DNA of 64,000 nucleotides from an uncultured Planctomycetaceae bacterium (GTDB taxonomy: Bacteria; Planctomycetota; Planctomycetia; Pirellulales; PALSA-1355), in the NCBI GenBank assembly GCA_964598535.1, contig CAZRCI010000015.1, forward strand, positions 31,098-95,097, read 5' to 3'. This document shows positions 49,101-56,203 of the stretch, piece by piece (position 1 is the stretch's first letter; the number at the start of each line of letters is the position of its first letter). The position numbers were made by a program, and so were the translations under genes. Below the pieces are notes generated by a model. That model was not told the DNA's origin, did not search any database, and was given only the letters and a program-made list of their open reading frames with translations.

Positions 49101-49327
49101 AGAGCAATGAATGGGGACACGGCGCGTTTACCAAGGCGATCCTCGATACGGCCAGCGATCCGGCAGCAGATTTTGCTCCCCGCACAGGCGACGGACTGCT
49201 CAGCACGCTTGAGCTCGAGTCCGGTGTCAGCGAGAGCGTTCGGGTTCTGACACGCGACCAGCAGCACCCCGTGGTTTTCGTTCCGGCCAACGTGGGCCGC
49301 TTCAACGTCTTGGAACTGATCCGCTGA
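46121..49327 (+). CDS. Signal-peptide WD40-repeat / PDZ / caspase-like (peptidase C14) multidomain protein
   Basis: AAGGAG precedes ATG 46121 (MCGSATILVAAVLVLQPL). WD40 blades: LAFSPDGRSLAVAG, VAYSPDGKHLLVG, GKYLASSDSDGEICIWDW, VASGDVFGEVHLWE, FVTGSTDRTIRIWSL. PDZ-like region: ARAGVRIGDRIKSFDGHSL. C-terminal caspase fold with the His/Cys dyad (VIIFAACHGL and IVFLDACHSAG). Confidence 0.85.
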   Translation: MCGSATILVAAVLVLQPLTSPPGDATPATSAGKRADFVRHEPELTLDTGGLLSEVCDLAFSPDGRSLAVAGDKLVRIYDVDSGALITTLRGDRSRSSYGSVNSVAYSPDGKHLLVGIFDYHPRGSIRVYRTDQYDRIERLLPGHTSPCTFLRFNRDGKYLASSDSDGEICIWDWPAQKIIRRIAPRNPDKPIIDTLEFADRGPSLISIEYDLPHVYRVPDGAEIAPGPEMNPLVLGWMFDVISNRAKWPVALTNNNSPRVYDFQLENRVWAAAGVGTSGGANKYWIGLWKARPMAQDAPPNPAAAVYDKHNWRVRKIAISPRRDLVASGDVFGEVHLWEAATGRQQRVIKSLGRSIYNAAIDPQMTRIAFGTKPDHANWGFNRYGRPTQIIDLRQRTIRGIDDTVDLIDETQRIGDLEVSVQPPHGSNQSYHLLKNRGGRPAGRYRLPSGRHPAVFTLLSQPSLGVAEPVLFGDDQGLLAMWDTAGDEMRRYYHGHNGMITSLSPAPNGKLFVTGSTDRTIRIWSLVNYQPTGIFDFKYENSAVIQVPPGSSSARAGVRIGDRIKSFDGHSLQDVYEMMMTNHFDYRPGQVAKTVMQRGDKTYSYQMELKEGFQYVEPLLNIFVSDDGSWIIWTPQGYYDCSPGADRLIGWHVNQGPDKPAQYFRAEQFKRQLYRPDIINALLESGDFDEAVTAADQKYPQRGTAVDLTKPEALEKIAPPVVTMGAHEQEGDDLRVTLNVEVRSTNSQGISKVTLLHNGVPARTFVPGSDEQQLYKLAHRCRLLPGRNEFTFIAANSHATSKAEDAQLVLTAPASDQQGRVYLLAIGVSNYQNNGQGIDNLQFAATDAQAFISTVEKHRAGKLYADIQIKALINEDATRENVLGGLQWLTENVAAGDSVIIFAACHGLVERDSFYLATHDVDPARLRSTGVSWRELTGVLHEELPACRRIVFLDACHSAGVVGTDTRSPLHDLAAPELGTVFFASCTLQQKSFESNEWGHGAFTKAILDTASDPAADFAPRTGDGLLSTLELESGVSESVRVLTRDQQHPVVFVPANVGRFNVLELIR

Positions 49328-49400
49328 ACCATACCGAGGTCCGCGGACGAGGGGGAGTGACGTCTCTGCCTGGGGCTTGGGTGGCTGGTCTATCCGTCCG

Positions 49401-49497
49401 TTGAAATAAGCCATCGCGGCTTATTCCAACCTCTGCCAAGTACGAGGCCAGGGGCTTCGTACGGCTCACAAAATAGCGACTTATGCCCGCTATTTTG
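49401..49497 (+). repeat. Three-hairpin structured repeat, copy 2
   Basis: TTGAAATAAGCCATCGCGGCTTATTCCAACC...GCCAAG-GTACGAGGCCAGGGGCTTCGTAC-GGCTCACAAAATAGCGACTTATGCCCGCTATTTT. Hairpins: AATAAGCC/GGCTTATT, GTACGAGGCC/GGCTTCGTAC, AAAATAGCG/CGCTATTTT. It lies between convergent genes. Confidence 0.7.
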
Positions 49498-49533
49498 CGA
49501 TTACGCAGTCCGTCGAATACTTCAACCGGTCGG

Positions 49534-50406
49534 CTATCCTTCAAAAGGCTCCATATGCACGAGCACGTCTCGCACCGAGGGGACCGCTGCCCGGATAGCG
49601 CCTTTCACCTTGCCACTCATTATGTGCGCATCGTGAAGCGAAAGCACGGGATCGGCTTGCACGTGCAAATCGACCATGAGTTCAGTGCCGAAGCGCCGCA
49701 CGCGCAACTTCTCCGTCGCCAGAACTCCCTCAACACTTCGAGCCGCGCCATCGATCTGCGCTAGGATCGGCGGCTCGGGCATCCGATCCATCAAGTCGTT
49801 TACCGCGACCCGCAAGAATCGACCGCCATTGATTGCGATAATCCCTGCGGCGGCAATCGCGGCCCAATCGTCGGCCGCCGCCCACCGCTCACCGCCCCAA
49901 ATGGCCAACGCGATACCGATGAACGCGGCGGCCGAAGTAACCGCATCGCTGCGGTGATGCCAGGCATCGGCCATCACAACGTTGCTGTCCGCCTCGTGTC
50001 CGACGGCCAGCACTTTGCGAAACAACACTTCTTTGATCGCGATGACCCCTGCTAGCACATAGAGCGTAAAGGTCGCCGGCAGGTGGTGCGGGGTCATCAA
50101 CTCGCGGATCGCCGCGATCACGATGCCGATCGCGGCGCCCAGCAACATCAAAGCGACGGCGGCCGTGGCCAACGCTTCGGCCTTTCCATGTCCATAGGGA
50201 TGGGATTCGTCGGCCGGCTGTGCCGAGACATGCAAACCGCCCCACACGATCAGCGAAGCAAAGATGTCGGTCGACGATTCGACCGCATCGGCGACCAGAG
50301 CATAAGAATGCCCCACGATTCCGGTAACCAGCTTGATCACCACCAGCGCAGCATTGACCACAAGCCCCCACTGCGCCGCTCGAATGCCAGAGGTTAGTCG
50401 TTTCAC
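49534..50406 (-). CDS. Cation diffusion facilitator (CDF) family metal efflux transporter
   Basis: Six TM helices, SYALVADAVESSTDIFASL and HHRSDAVTS metal-site motifs, and a C-terminal cytoplasmic domain. Confidence 0.9.
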   Translation of the reverse strand: MKRLTSGIRAAQWGLVVNAALVVIKLVTGIVGHSYALVADAVESSTDIFASLIVWGGLHVSAQPADESHPYGHGKAEALATAAVALMLLGAAIGIVIAAIRELMTPHHLPATFTLYVLAGVIAIKEVLFRKVLAVGHEADSNVVMADAWHHRSDAVTSAAAFIGIALAIWGGERWAAADDWAAIAAAGIIAINGGRFLRVAVNDLMDRMPEPPILAQIDGAARSVEGVLATEKLRVRRFGTELMVDLHVQADPVLSLHDAHIMSGKVKGAIRAAVPSVRDVLVHMEPFEG

Positions 50407-50821
50407 GCCAATAGTTTAGCAAGGCCTGCGATAACGCCACAGGTAGCGCGGTACGCGGATCTGGCGCCGGTGGAAATCGCCTGGCAACGAACGGACCCTT
50501 CAAAGCCAGCCGCCTGCATGACGAAAATCGAAAATCACGGTTCAGCGCACTCGAACTATCCTACTTCCCAGAATTTCTGGCGCAATGGTTAAGACCGCCA
50601 CCGCGCCGCACGGAACTTCGTAGAGTCTTCTTCAGCCGCGCCAACTCGGCGGCCGATGTAAGCTCTGCCACTCATGGAAGAGTCTGAGGATTGGGCAATT
50701 CGTCCGCACCCCGTACCAGGTGCGCTGTCGATAAATTCCACCCGCCTTCCCTCGGAGAAGCGACGGGCGACGTCAAGGAAGCGACGCAGAACAACCTGGA
50801 CCTTCCTCTTGACGCCAACTC

Positions 50822-52393
50822 GTGAATAAACAAATCCCCAACTACTTGCGGCTAGTGACCGATACTAGCTTGCAGCCCGTCGCCAAACGCGACGAAGACC
50901 TGGTCGTCCTCGAACGAGCGTGCCTGGCGTTCGTGCAAGCGACCGGCTGGCAACTCGATTTTGTTCGTGACGACAACACCGCCGCACCAACGAACCTGAT
51001 GTGGTCCGCCCCGGTTGATCCGGGCGTTGGAGCCTCTCCCGGACACATCAGGCTCTTTACGAGTGCCGAACATTCGGTTGCAATTCCGCTTGAGCAGGCC
51101 ACGCCGCTCGCACAATCGATCGGCGATCTGTGGGGCGAGTTGCTCGCCACGCGACATGCCGTTCGGCAACGCGAGGCCGAACTAGCCACGGGCGTTCCGC
51201 TCGTTCTGCGCGACGACGATGAACGAGCCCCCAGTCTTGCGCAGCGTTTCGAGTCGGTGCTGAAAGGCGGCGCCGAAGCCATCGGCTGCCAGGCTGCCGC
51301 GCTGTATCTTCTTGATGCGGCGACAACCGAACTCAAAATGCGTTCTAGTTGGGGGCTGCCGCGCCGCCGCCTGCTTGAACCGGCACGTCCGCTCCGGCCC
51401 GCGCTGGCCGATCTCGAGGCTCTCCTGGGGCATGCCGTGGTAATGAACGAACCTGCCCTTTTCGACTATTGGAAAGTCCCCGAAACGGGATTCCGTTCTG
51501 CGGTTTGCGTGCCCGTATCGAGCCCCTCCATGCCGCTCGGAACCCTCTGGATTTACAGCGATCGGGTTCGCGACTTTAGCGACGCCGAAACAAACATCGC
51601 CGAAGTGGTCGCAGGTCGCTTGGCTTCGGAACTCGAGCGTGAGACGCTTGTCGAAGAGGCCATCGCCACGCGTGACAATTCACGCCAAGCGCGGCGTGAA
51701 GCGCGCGAACAGACATGTCCGCTGCCATCCGTGCCGCCCACGATCGAAGGTTGGGAAATCGCCGCTCAGGCCGTGGGCAGCAGTTGTCCCGCCGGCATGT
51801 TTTACGATTGGCTAAGTGCCGCGGACGGCAGTCTGACCGTGGTGGCTGGCGACGCGGGAGTGGCCGGCGAAAAAGGGGCCTTGGCGGCGAACTTGTTGCG
51901 TGGCGCGGTGCGCGGCATCTGCACGCAGCGCCCCGCGGCAGGGGAGCTTGTCTCGCGACTGAACGAGGTACTATGGTCGTGTAGCCCTGGCGAGACGGTC
52001 GCAGGACTGCTGTGTGCCGTCATCGCCCCTGGCCTCGGCGTCCTCGAGTTATGCACCGCGGGACCGATGCGCGTGCTGGCCATTAGCGATGCACATCGCG
52101 TGCTTGAGGGCCCTTCGCCCCCGCTTGGCAGACAAAGCGATCTCCGGCTTGCCTCCCATCATGCGCCATTGCTCGTCGCGGAGCTCGTCGTAGGATATTC
52201 CACGTCGATCATTGATGCCGAGGGCGATGAATCGCTGCTTGCGGCGTTTGACCAACGCCTGGCATTGGCGCTGGAGCCCTATGCCGATCGTCCGCTTGCC
52301 CACCTGGTGCAAATCGCAACAGCCGTCATCACCGAAGTTTGCTCACCCGGCAATCGCGAAGGGATTGTGATTTTCGCCCGTCGCCGCCGGTAA
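50822..52393 (+). CDS. GAF-domain PP2C/SpoIIE-family protein phosphatase
   Basis: The central region looks like GAF. The C-terminal part MFYDWLSAADGSLTVVAGDAGVAGEKGALAANLLRGAVR is typical of the SpoIIE/PP2C core. GTG start. Confidence 0.75.
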   Translation: MNKQIPNYLRLVTDTSLQPVAKRDEDLVVLERACLAFVQATGWQLDFVRDDNTAAPTNLMWSAPVDPGVGASPGHIRLFTSAEHSVAIPLEQATPLAQSIGDLWGELLATRHAVRQREAELATGVPLVLRDDDERAPSLAQRFESVLKGGAEAIGCQAAALYLLDAATTELKMRSSWGLPRRRLLEPARPLRPALADLEALLGHAVVMNEPALFDYWKVPETGFRSAVCVPVSSPSMPLGTLWIYSDRVRDFSDAETNIAEVVAGRLASELERETLVEEAIATRDNSRQARREAREQTCPLPSVPPTIEGWEIAAQAVGSSCPAGMFYDWLSAADGSLTVVAGDAGVAGEKGALAANLLRGAVRGICTQRPAAGELVSRLNEVLWSCSPGETVAGLLCAVIAPGLGVLELCTAGPMRVLAISDAHRVLEGPSPPLGRQSDLRLASHHAPLLVAELVVGYSTSIIDAEGDESLLAAFDQRLALALEPYADRPLAHLVQIATAVITEVCSPGNREGIVIFARRRR

Positions 52394-52548
52394 CTTGGAG
52401 AGCGGAGCGATTAGGGGCCATTCAGCGATTTTTCCGCGGAAATCGGGCGTTCAGCAAGATCCCCTCGGGCGAACGTAAGTTCGTCTCTCATCACGGCTTG
52501 ACGCCTGCCTTAAATGCCGTAGACTTCGAGGTTAGCCAATCTATTTAC

Positions 52549-52623
<75 letters not shown>

Positions 52624-52632
<9 letters not shown>

Positions 52633-52805
52633 CTGACCTAAGAGGACGCCCGGGATCGGCAAAAGCGCTTTCGCCTAAGTTCGGCGCTCGATCCCGCGCC
52701 AACTCATGCGCCGTCGTCCGGAGCGTGTCAACTCCGGACGGCGGCTTTTAAAAATTTCCGCCCTGATTCAAGAGGACGCCCGGGATCGGCAAAAGCGCTT
52801 TCGCC
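52624..52805 (+). repeat. Duplicated att-like direct repeat (tRNA-Leu 3' end plus 36-bp identical core)
   Basis: AAGAGGACGCCCGGGATCGGCAAAAGCGCTTTCGCC is identical at 52640-52675 and 52770-52805. Upstream of each copy lies TTTCCCGCACTGACCT (the real tRNA 3' end) versus the degenerate TTTCCGCCCTGATTC. A further 21-bp piece, CGCTTTCGCCTAAGTTCGGCG (52666-52686), recurs at 53110-53130. Confidence 0.7.
52710..52749 (+). terminator. Rho-independent terminator between the two att-like repeats
   Basis: 14-bp stem GCCGTCGTCCGGAG / CTCCGGACGGCGGC (one G-T pair), loop CGTGTCAA, then TTTTAAAAATTT. Confidence 0.6.
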
Positions 52806-52924
52806 AGCCGAAGCGCGCCGCTGGCTGCTGCAACAACTCCACGACGCCGCCGAAATCCCGGACGATCTCAAGCCGCTCGCGGACGGACTCACCGTCTGAC
52901 GATTGTTCTTTTCCCGCCACTGGC

Positions 52925-52953
52925 TTGACATTGTTTTCGCCGGGTGGCATATT
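52925..52953 (+). promoter_or_regulatory. Possible extended -10 promoter upstream of the integrase
   Basis: TTGACA, 17 nt, CATATT, with TG one base upstream of the -10. This is pattern matching only. It lies about 440 nt upstream of integrase ATG 53396. Confidence 0.3.
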
Positions 52954-53395
52954 CTCGACCGTGGCGCTGGCCTCGCGGTCAGCGCCAGAACTTAGGCGAG
53001 TCTCCTACACGCTCTCTACGGTTTGACACCCGTGGAAGCCTCTCGCGTCCTCCGTCGAGGACCAAGGGTCGCGTGGAACAGCTCGCCGCTTGGTGAGTTT
53101 CGTTCCGGTCGCTTTCGCCTAAGTTCGGCGGCAAGCGGCCCTGGCTCCTTAACTGGGCATCTCGTCCGAGCGCCGCCGCGCACACACGCGGCAGCGCTCC
53201 TGGGATTTGCTCCGTAGCGCGCACGCCCGTGCGCCTGCGGAGCGTCCCGAGGTGCCCGGACGGATCGGGACACTATGCACGCGCTGTCGGATCATGCGCA
53301 CGGCACGGATGGTTTTTTGTCATTCGCGCGCGGCGCGTTCTGTGGGATGCGATTGAGGAGGCCGGCGCTCGCCCCGCGCAGTCACGAGGTGATCC

Positions 53396-54310
53396 ATGAT
53401 CTGCCGACCCATCGACACGCTTTCCTCGCTGCTCACCGACTATCTTCGCAACCACCCCATCAAGCCCGACAGCGCCGAGCAACTCGAAATCACCTGCCGG
53501 CTCTTCGGACGGTGGCACCTGGAAGCATTCAAAATCCCCTTCCTGCTCGATGCGCTGAACGAGCAGCTTTTGACGGCGTTCCTCAACGACCTGCGCCAAA
53601 CGCGGCAAGCGAAAACCTGCAATCGCAAGCGGGGCGACCTGCTCGCGCTCTGGCGGCACGCCAAACGCCGTGGCCTGCTGCCAGCGCCCGACGTCGCCGA
53701 AGTGGTGCATTTCCCGGAACCGAAGCGCCGGCCCGACGCCTATCGGCTCGAAGAGCTCGCGCGGCGGCTCGACGCGATCGAACGCTATGTTCCCCGTCGG
53801 CGGCGGCAACAGAAGTGGGACCAGCGCCACGACCGAGCCTTGACGCTGGTGCTGTACGACACGGCCTATCGCCTGACGGCGTGTCTCGAGCTGCGCAAGC
53901 AAAACATTACCCCCGAGGGGGCCGTCGTGGCGCTGGCCACGACGCAAAAAACCAACAGCGACGAAGCCAAGTGGCTGGGCCCCGATACGCTGCGAGCGAT
54001 CCAGGCGATTCTGGACTCGGACGACGATCGGATTTTTCCGTGGTCCGCCAGCAAGGAAGCGTTCTGGCGGCGCTGGAAGGCGATCAACCGGCTCGCGGGA
54101 TTGCCCACGACACGTCGCGACGGACCGCAAAAGATGCGGCGGACCAGCGTGAGCTGGCTCGAATCGCGAAGACCGGGGTCCGCGCAGCATCACCTACAGC
54201 ACAGCTCACCCACCCTGGCGGTCAAGCACTACATCGATCCGACGATCGCCTACCCCTATCGAGCGCCCGACGTGCTGCCCCGAATCGCGCCGCCCAATTC
54301 CGGGGAGTGA
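53396..54310 (+). CDS. Tyrosine recombinase / phage-type integrase
   Basis: N-terminal SAM-like core-binding region. The catalytic part has YDTAYRLTACLEL (Arg), KMRRTSVSWL (H/K-x-x-R) and HSSPTLAVKHYIDP (His ... Tyr). GAGG RBS precedes the start. Confidence 0.85.
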   Translation: MICRPIDTLSSLLTDYLRNHPIKPDSAEQLEITCRLFGRWHLEAFKIPFLLDALNEQLLTAFLNDLRQTRQAKTCNRKRGDLLALWRHAKRRGLLPAPDVAEVVHFPEPKRRPDAYRLEELARRLDAIERYVPRRRRQQKWDQRHDRALTLVLYDTAYRLTACLELRKQNITPEGAVVALATTQKTNSDEAKWLGPDTLRAIQAILDSDDDRIFPWSASKEAFWRRWKAINRLAGLPTTRRDGPQKMRRTSVSWLESRRPGSAQHHLQHSSPTLAVKHYIDPTIAYPYRAPDVLPRIAPPNSGE

Positions 54311-54313
54311 ACC

Positions 54314-54937
54314 ATGATCGATGAACCACTGATTGCGATCGAGGTGCGCGCCGAGGATGCGCGGGCGCTGCTCGCGTGGCTCAAGGGGGCCCTCGCGCTC
54401 TATCGCGACGCGCCCGCCGAAAAACGGAGTCCGCACTGGTCGGCCGCGGTGCCCGCCATGCGGCGCATCGTCGCGACCCTCGAGCGCGGACCGCGCAGCG
54501 CCAGCCTCCAGGCTGCCGCCGAGCTCGCGCTCGCGTACCTCACGAACGTCAACGCGGCCGAACGCCACGACGTCGTCGCCACGCTGTGCGGAGCCCTACG
54601 CGATGCCGGCGGAGACGCCGACCTGCTCGACGGCATCGAGGACGCCGCCGCCAAACAAGCGTTCGCGGCAGCCTCGCCGCGCGTCGCCATCGAACTGGAA
54701 ACGGAGACGGCGGCCTTCCTCGCCGCCGTGCTGCCGCGCATCCAGCACAGCGCGGACGAAGCGTATGCCGAAGCCGAGGACGAACGGGAGAAGGCCTGGG
54801 CGCGGAGGCTCGCCGCCAGCATCCAGGCCGCGTCGAGCGCCCTCCAGTGGGCGCTGCAGGCGAGCACCAAGGAAGGAGGGCCGGCTCGGGAGGGAGCCGC
54901 GGACGAGCCGGGGCCGGGAGGGCCACCAGGAGCGTAG
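54314..54937 (+). CDS. Hypothetical Ala-rich helical protein
   Basis: ATG lies 3 nt after the integrase stop, behind GGGGAG. No motif was recognised. Confidence 0.5.
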   Translation: MIDEPLIAIEVRAEDARALLAWLKGALALYRDAPAEKRSPHWSAAVPAMRRIVATLERGPRSASLQAAAELALAYLTNVNAAERHDVVATLCGALRDAGGDADLLDGIEDAAAKQAFAAASPRVAIELETETAAFLAAVLPRIQHSADEAYAEAEDEREKAWARRLAASIQAASSALQWALQASTKEGGPAREGAADEPGPGGPPGA

Positions 54938-55026
54938 GCCGGAGGGCGCGCCGCGAGGGAGTCGACGGCGCGCCCTCCGTTGGGTGTGCGTTGTTTTGCG
55001 TCCAGCATCAGCCAGGAGAAAAAGCA

Positions 55027-55725
55027 ATGAAAGACCTCAAGGAAATCATCGAACGTTCCGTCGACGAGATCGTCGACGAAGGATCGCTTGAGCAGGCGAT
55101 CAAGGAACGCATTCGCAAGACGCTCGCCAGCGTCTACGAGGAGGAGCTCGGCAAGTACAGCGACTTCGGCAAGTCGCTGACCGCCGCGGTGAAAAAGTCG
55201 ATCGGGCTCAACGGCGAGCTCGAGCTACCAAGCTACAACGACGCGGTGCTGGAGATCGTGCGATCGCTCGTCGCCGGCCAGACGCACGCGATCGTGCAGC
55301 AGCAGGTCGCTGGGCAACTCGAGGAGCTGCTCCAGCCGCCGCCGGCCAAGATCCTGTTCAGCGAGCTCGTGGCGCGGTACGTAGCCTACTGCCACGAAGA
55401 GGCGAAGTACGGCTGCCGCTGCGACGATCACGGCCAGGTGACCGTACACGTCGTGGATAACGAAGGCGGCTATTGCCGTATCCACCTGGACGAAGAGCCC
55501 AATAAATCGCGTAGCGAGTGCCGCCTGTCGATCGCCGTAAACAACCGAGGAGAGGTCTTCGCGATCAATGATCTCTACATGGGAAAAGCCACAGCGCTGT
55601 TCGGCTGGAACGTGCGCGGCTTCGCGAAGTCGGTGTTCGACATGCGGGTCGCGGGCACGATCCTCGAATTCGATCGCGACGTGGCGGACCTCGATCTGAC
55701 GTACCGCCTGGGCGACGACGATTAG
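55027..55725 (+). CDS. Hypothetical protein (232 aa)
   Basis: ATG 55027 gives MKDLKEIIERSVDEIVDEGSLEQAIKERIRK. This is the only protein-like part of the 449-aa ORF 54376-55725, whose N-terminal part is Arg/Ala/Pro junk overlapping the previous gene. Confidence 0.6.
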   Translation: MKDLKEIIERSVDEIVDEGSLEQAIKERIRKTLASVYEEELGKYSDFGKSLTAAVKKSIGLNGELELPSYNDAVLEIVRSLVAGQTHAIVQQQVAGQLEELLQPPPAKILFSELVARYVAYCHEEAKYGCRCDDHGQVTVHVVDNEGGYCRIHLDEEPNKSRSECRLSIAVNNRGEVFAINDLYMGKATALFGWNVRGFAKSVFDMRVAGTILEFDRDVADLDLTYRLGDDD

Positions 55726-55776
55726 GAGGCGCGCCTGGTTTTTTACGGACTGACTTTTAACGCAAAGGAGAAACTC

Positions 55777-56025
55777 GTGCACGATGCGAAGAATCGGGAA
55801 CTGAAAGTGGGTGACGTGGTGTTGGTGCCGGCCAAGATCGTCAGCGTCGCGCCGGGCGAGTACTGCACGCTCGACGTCGTCACGATCGGCGTGATGCCGG
55901 GCAACGGGGAGCCGAACCGGATCAACGCATTGAACACCAAACAAGTCTATCGAGCGAACGAAAGCGACCTGCCGCTCGCGTCGATCGACTCCGAAGAACG
56001 CGAGGGCAAGGCGTTCCTTGTGTAG
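55777..56025 (+). CDS. Hypothetical small protein (82 aa)
   Basis: GTG start 6 nt after AAAGGAG. The composition is globular-looking (KVGDVVLVPAKIVSVAPGEYCTLDVVTIGV). Confidence 0.5.
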   Translation: MHDAKNRELKVGDVVLVPAKIVSVAPGEYCTLDVVTIGVMPGNGEPNRINALNTKQVYRANESDLPLASIDSEEREGKAFLV

Positions 56026-56077
56026 CGCATGTTTGGCGGGCCGCTTGCTTCGAAAACCAGCAGGCCTTCCCGCCCCG

Positions 56078-56145
56078 AGTCGTGTAGCACAACGGTAGTG
56101 CGCCGGGGATATCCGGCGGTGCGGGTTCGATTCCCGTCACGACTC
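56078..56145 (+). ncRNA. tRNA-like sequence with aberrant anticodon arm (degenerate or unusual element-borne tRNA)
   Basis: Acceptor AGTCGTG/CACGACT, D arm GCAC-AACGGTA-GTGC and T arm GCGGG-TTCGATT-CCCGT are all canonical. The anticodon arm GCCGG-GGATAT-CCGGC has only a 6-nt loop, the variable region is 3 nt, and the total length is 68 nt. Confidence 0.45.
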
Positions 56146-56203
56146 TTACAGCGATCCCGCGCGAGGCGGGAGGGAGAGAGTGTATCGCTCATGGTGAGGC
56201 ACG

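Noticed and set aside
52642-52896. Stop-free frame whose last 35 codons look coding (AEARRWLLQQLHDAAEIPDDLKPLADGLTV-stop)
   Set aside because: It has no start codon or RBS and runs through the terminator hairpin and the att-like repeats. It may be a C-terminal remnant of a gene disrupted by integration, but it cannot be supported as a gene.
54376-55725. 449-aa ORF and ORF 54333-55091
   Set aside because: The N-terminal 217 codons are Arg/Ala/Pro-rich and overlap the better ORF 54314-54937. Only the part from ATG 55027 looks like protein.
56078-56145. tRNA-like sequence considered as the attR copy of tRNA-Leu
   Set aside because: It has no similarity to the tRNA-Leu 3' end or to the 36-bp att-like core.
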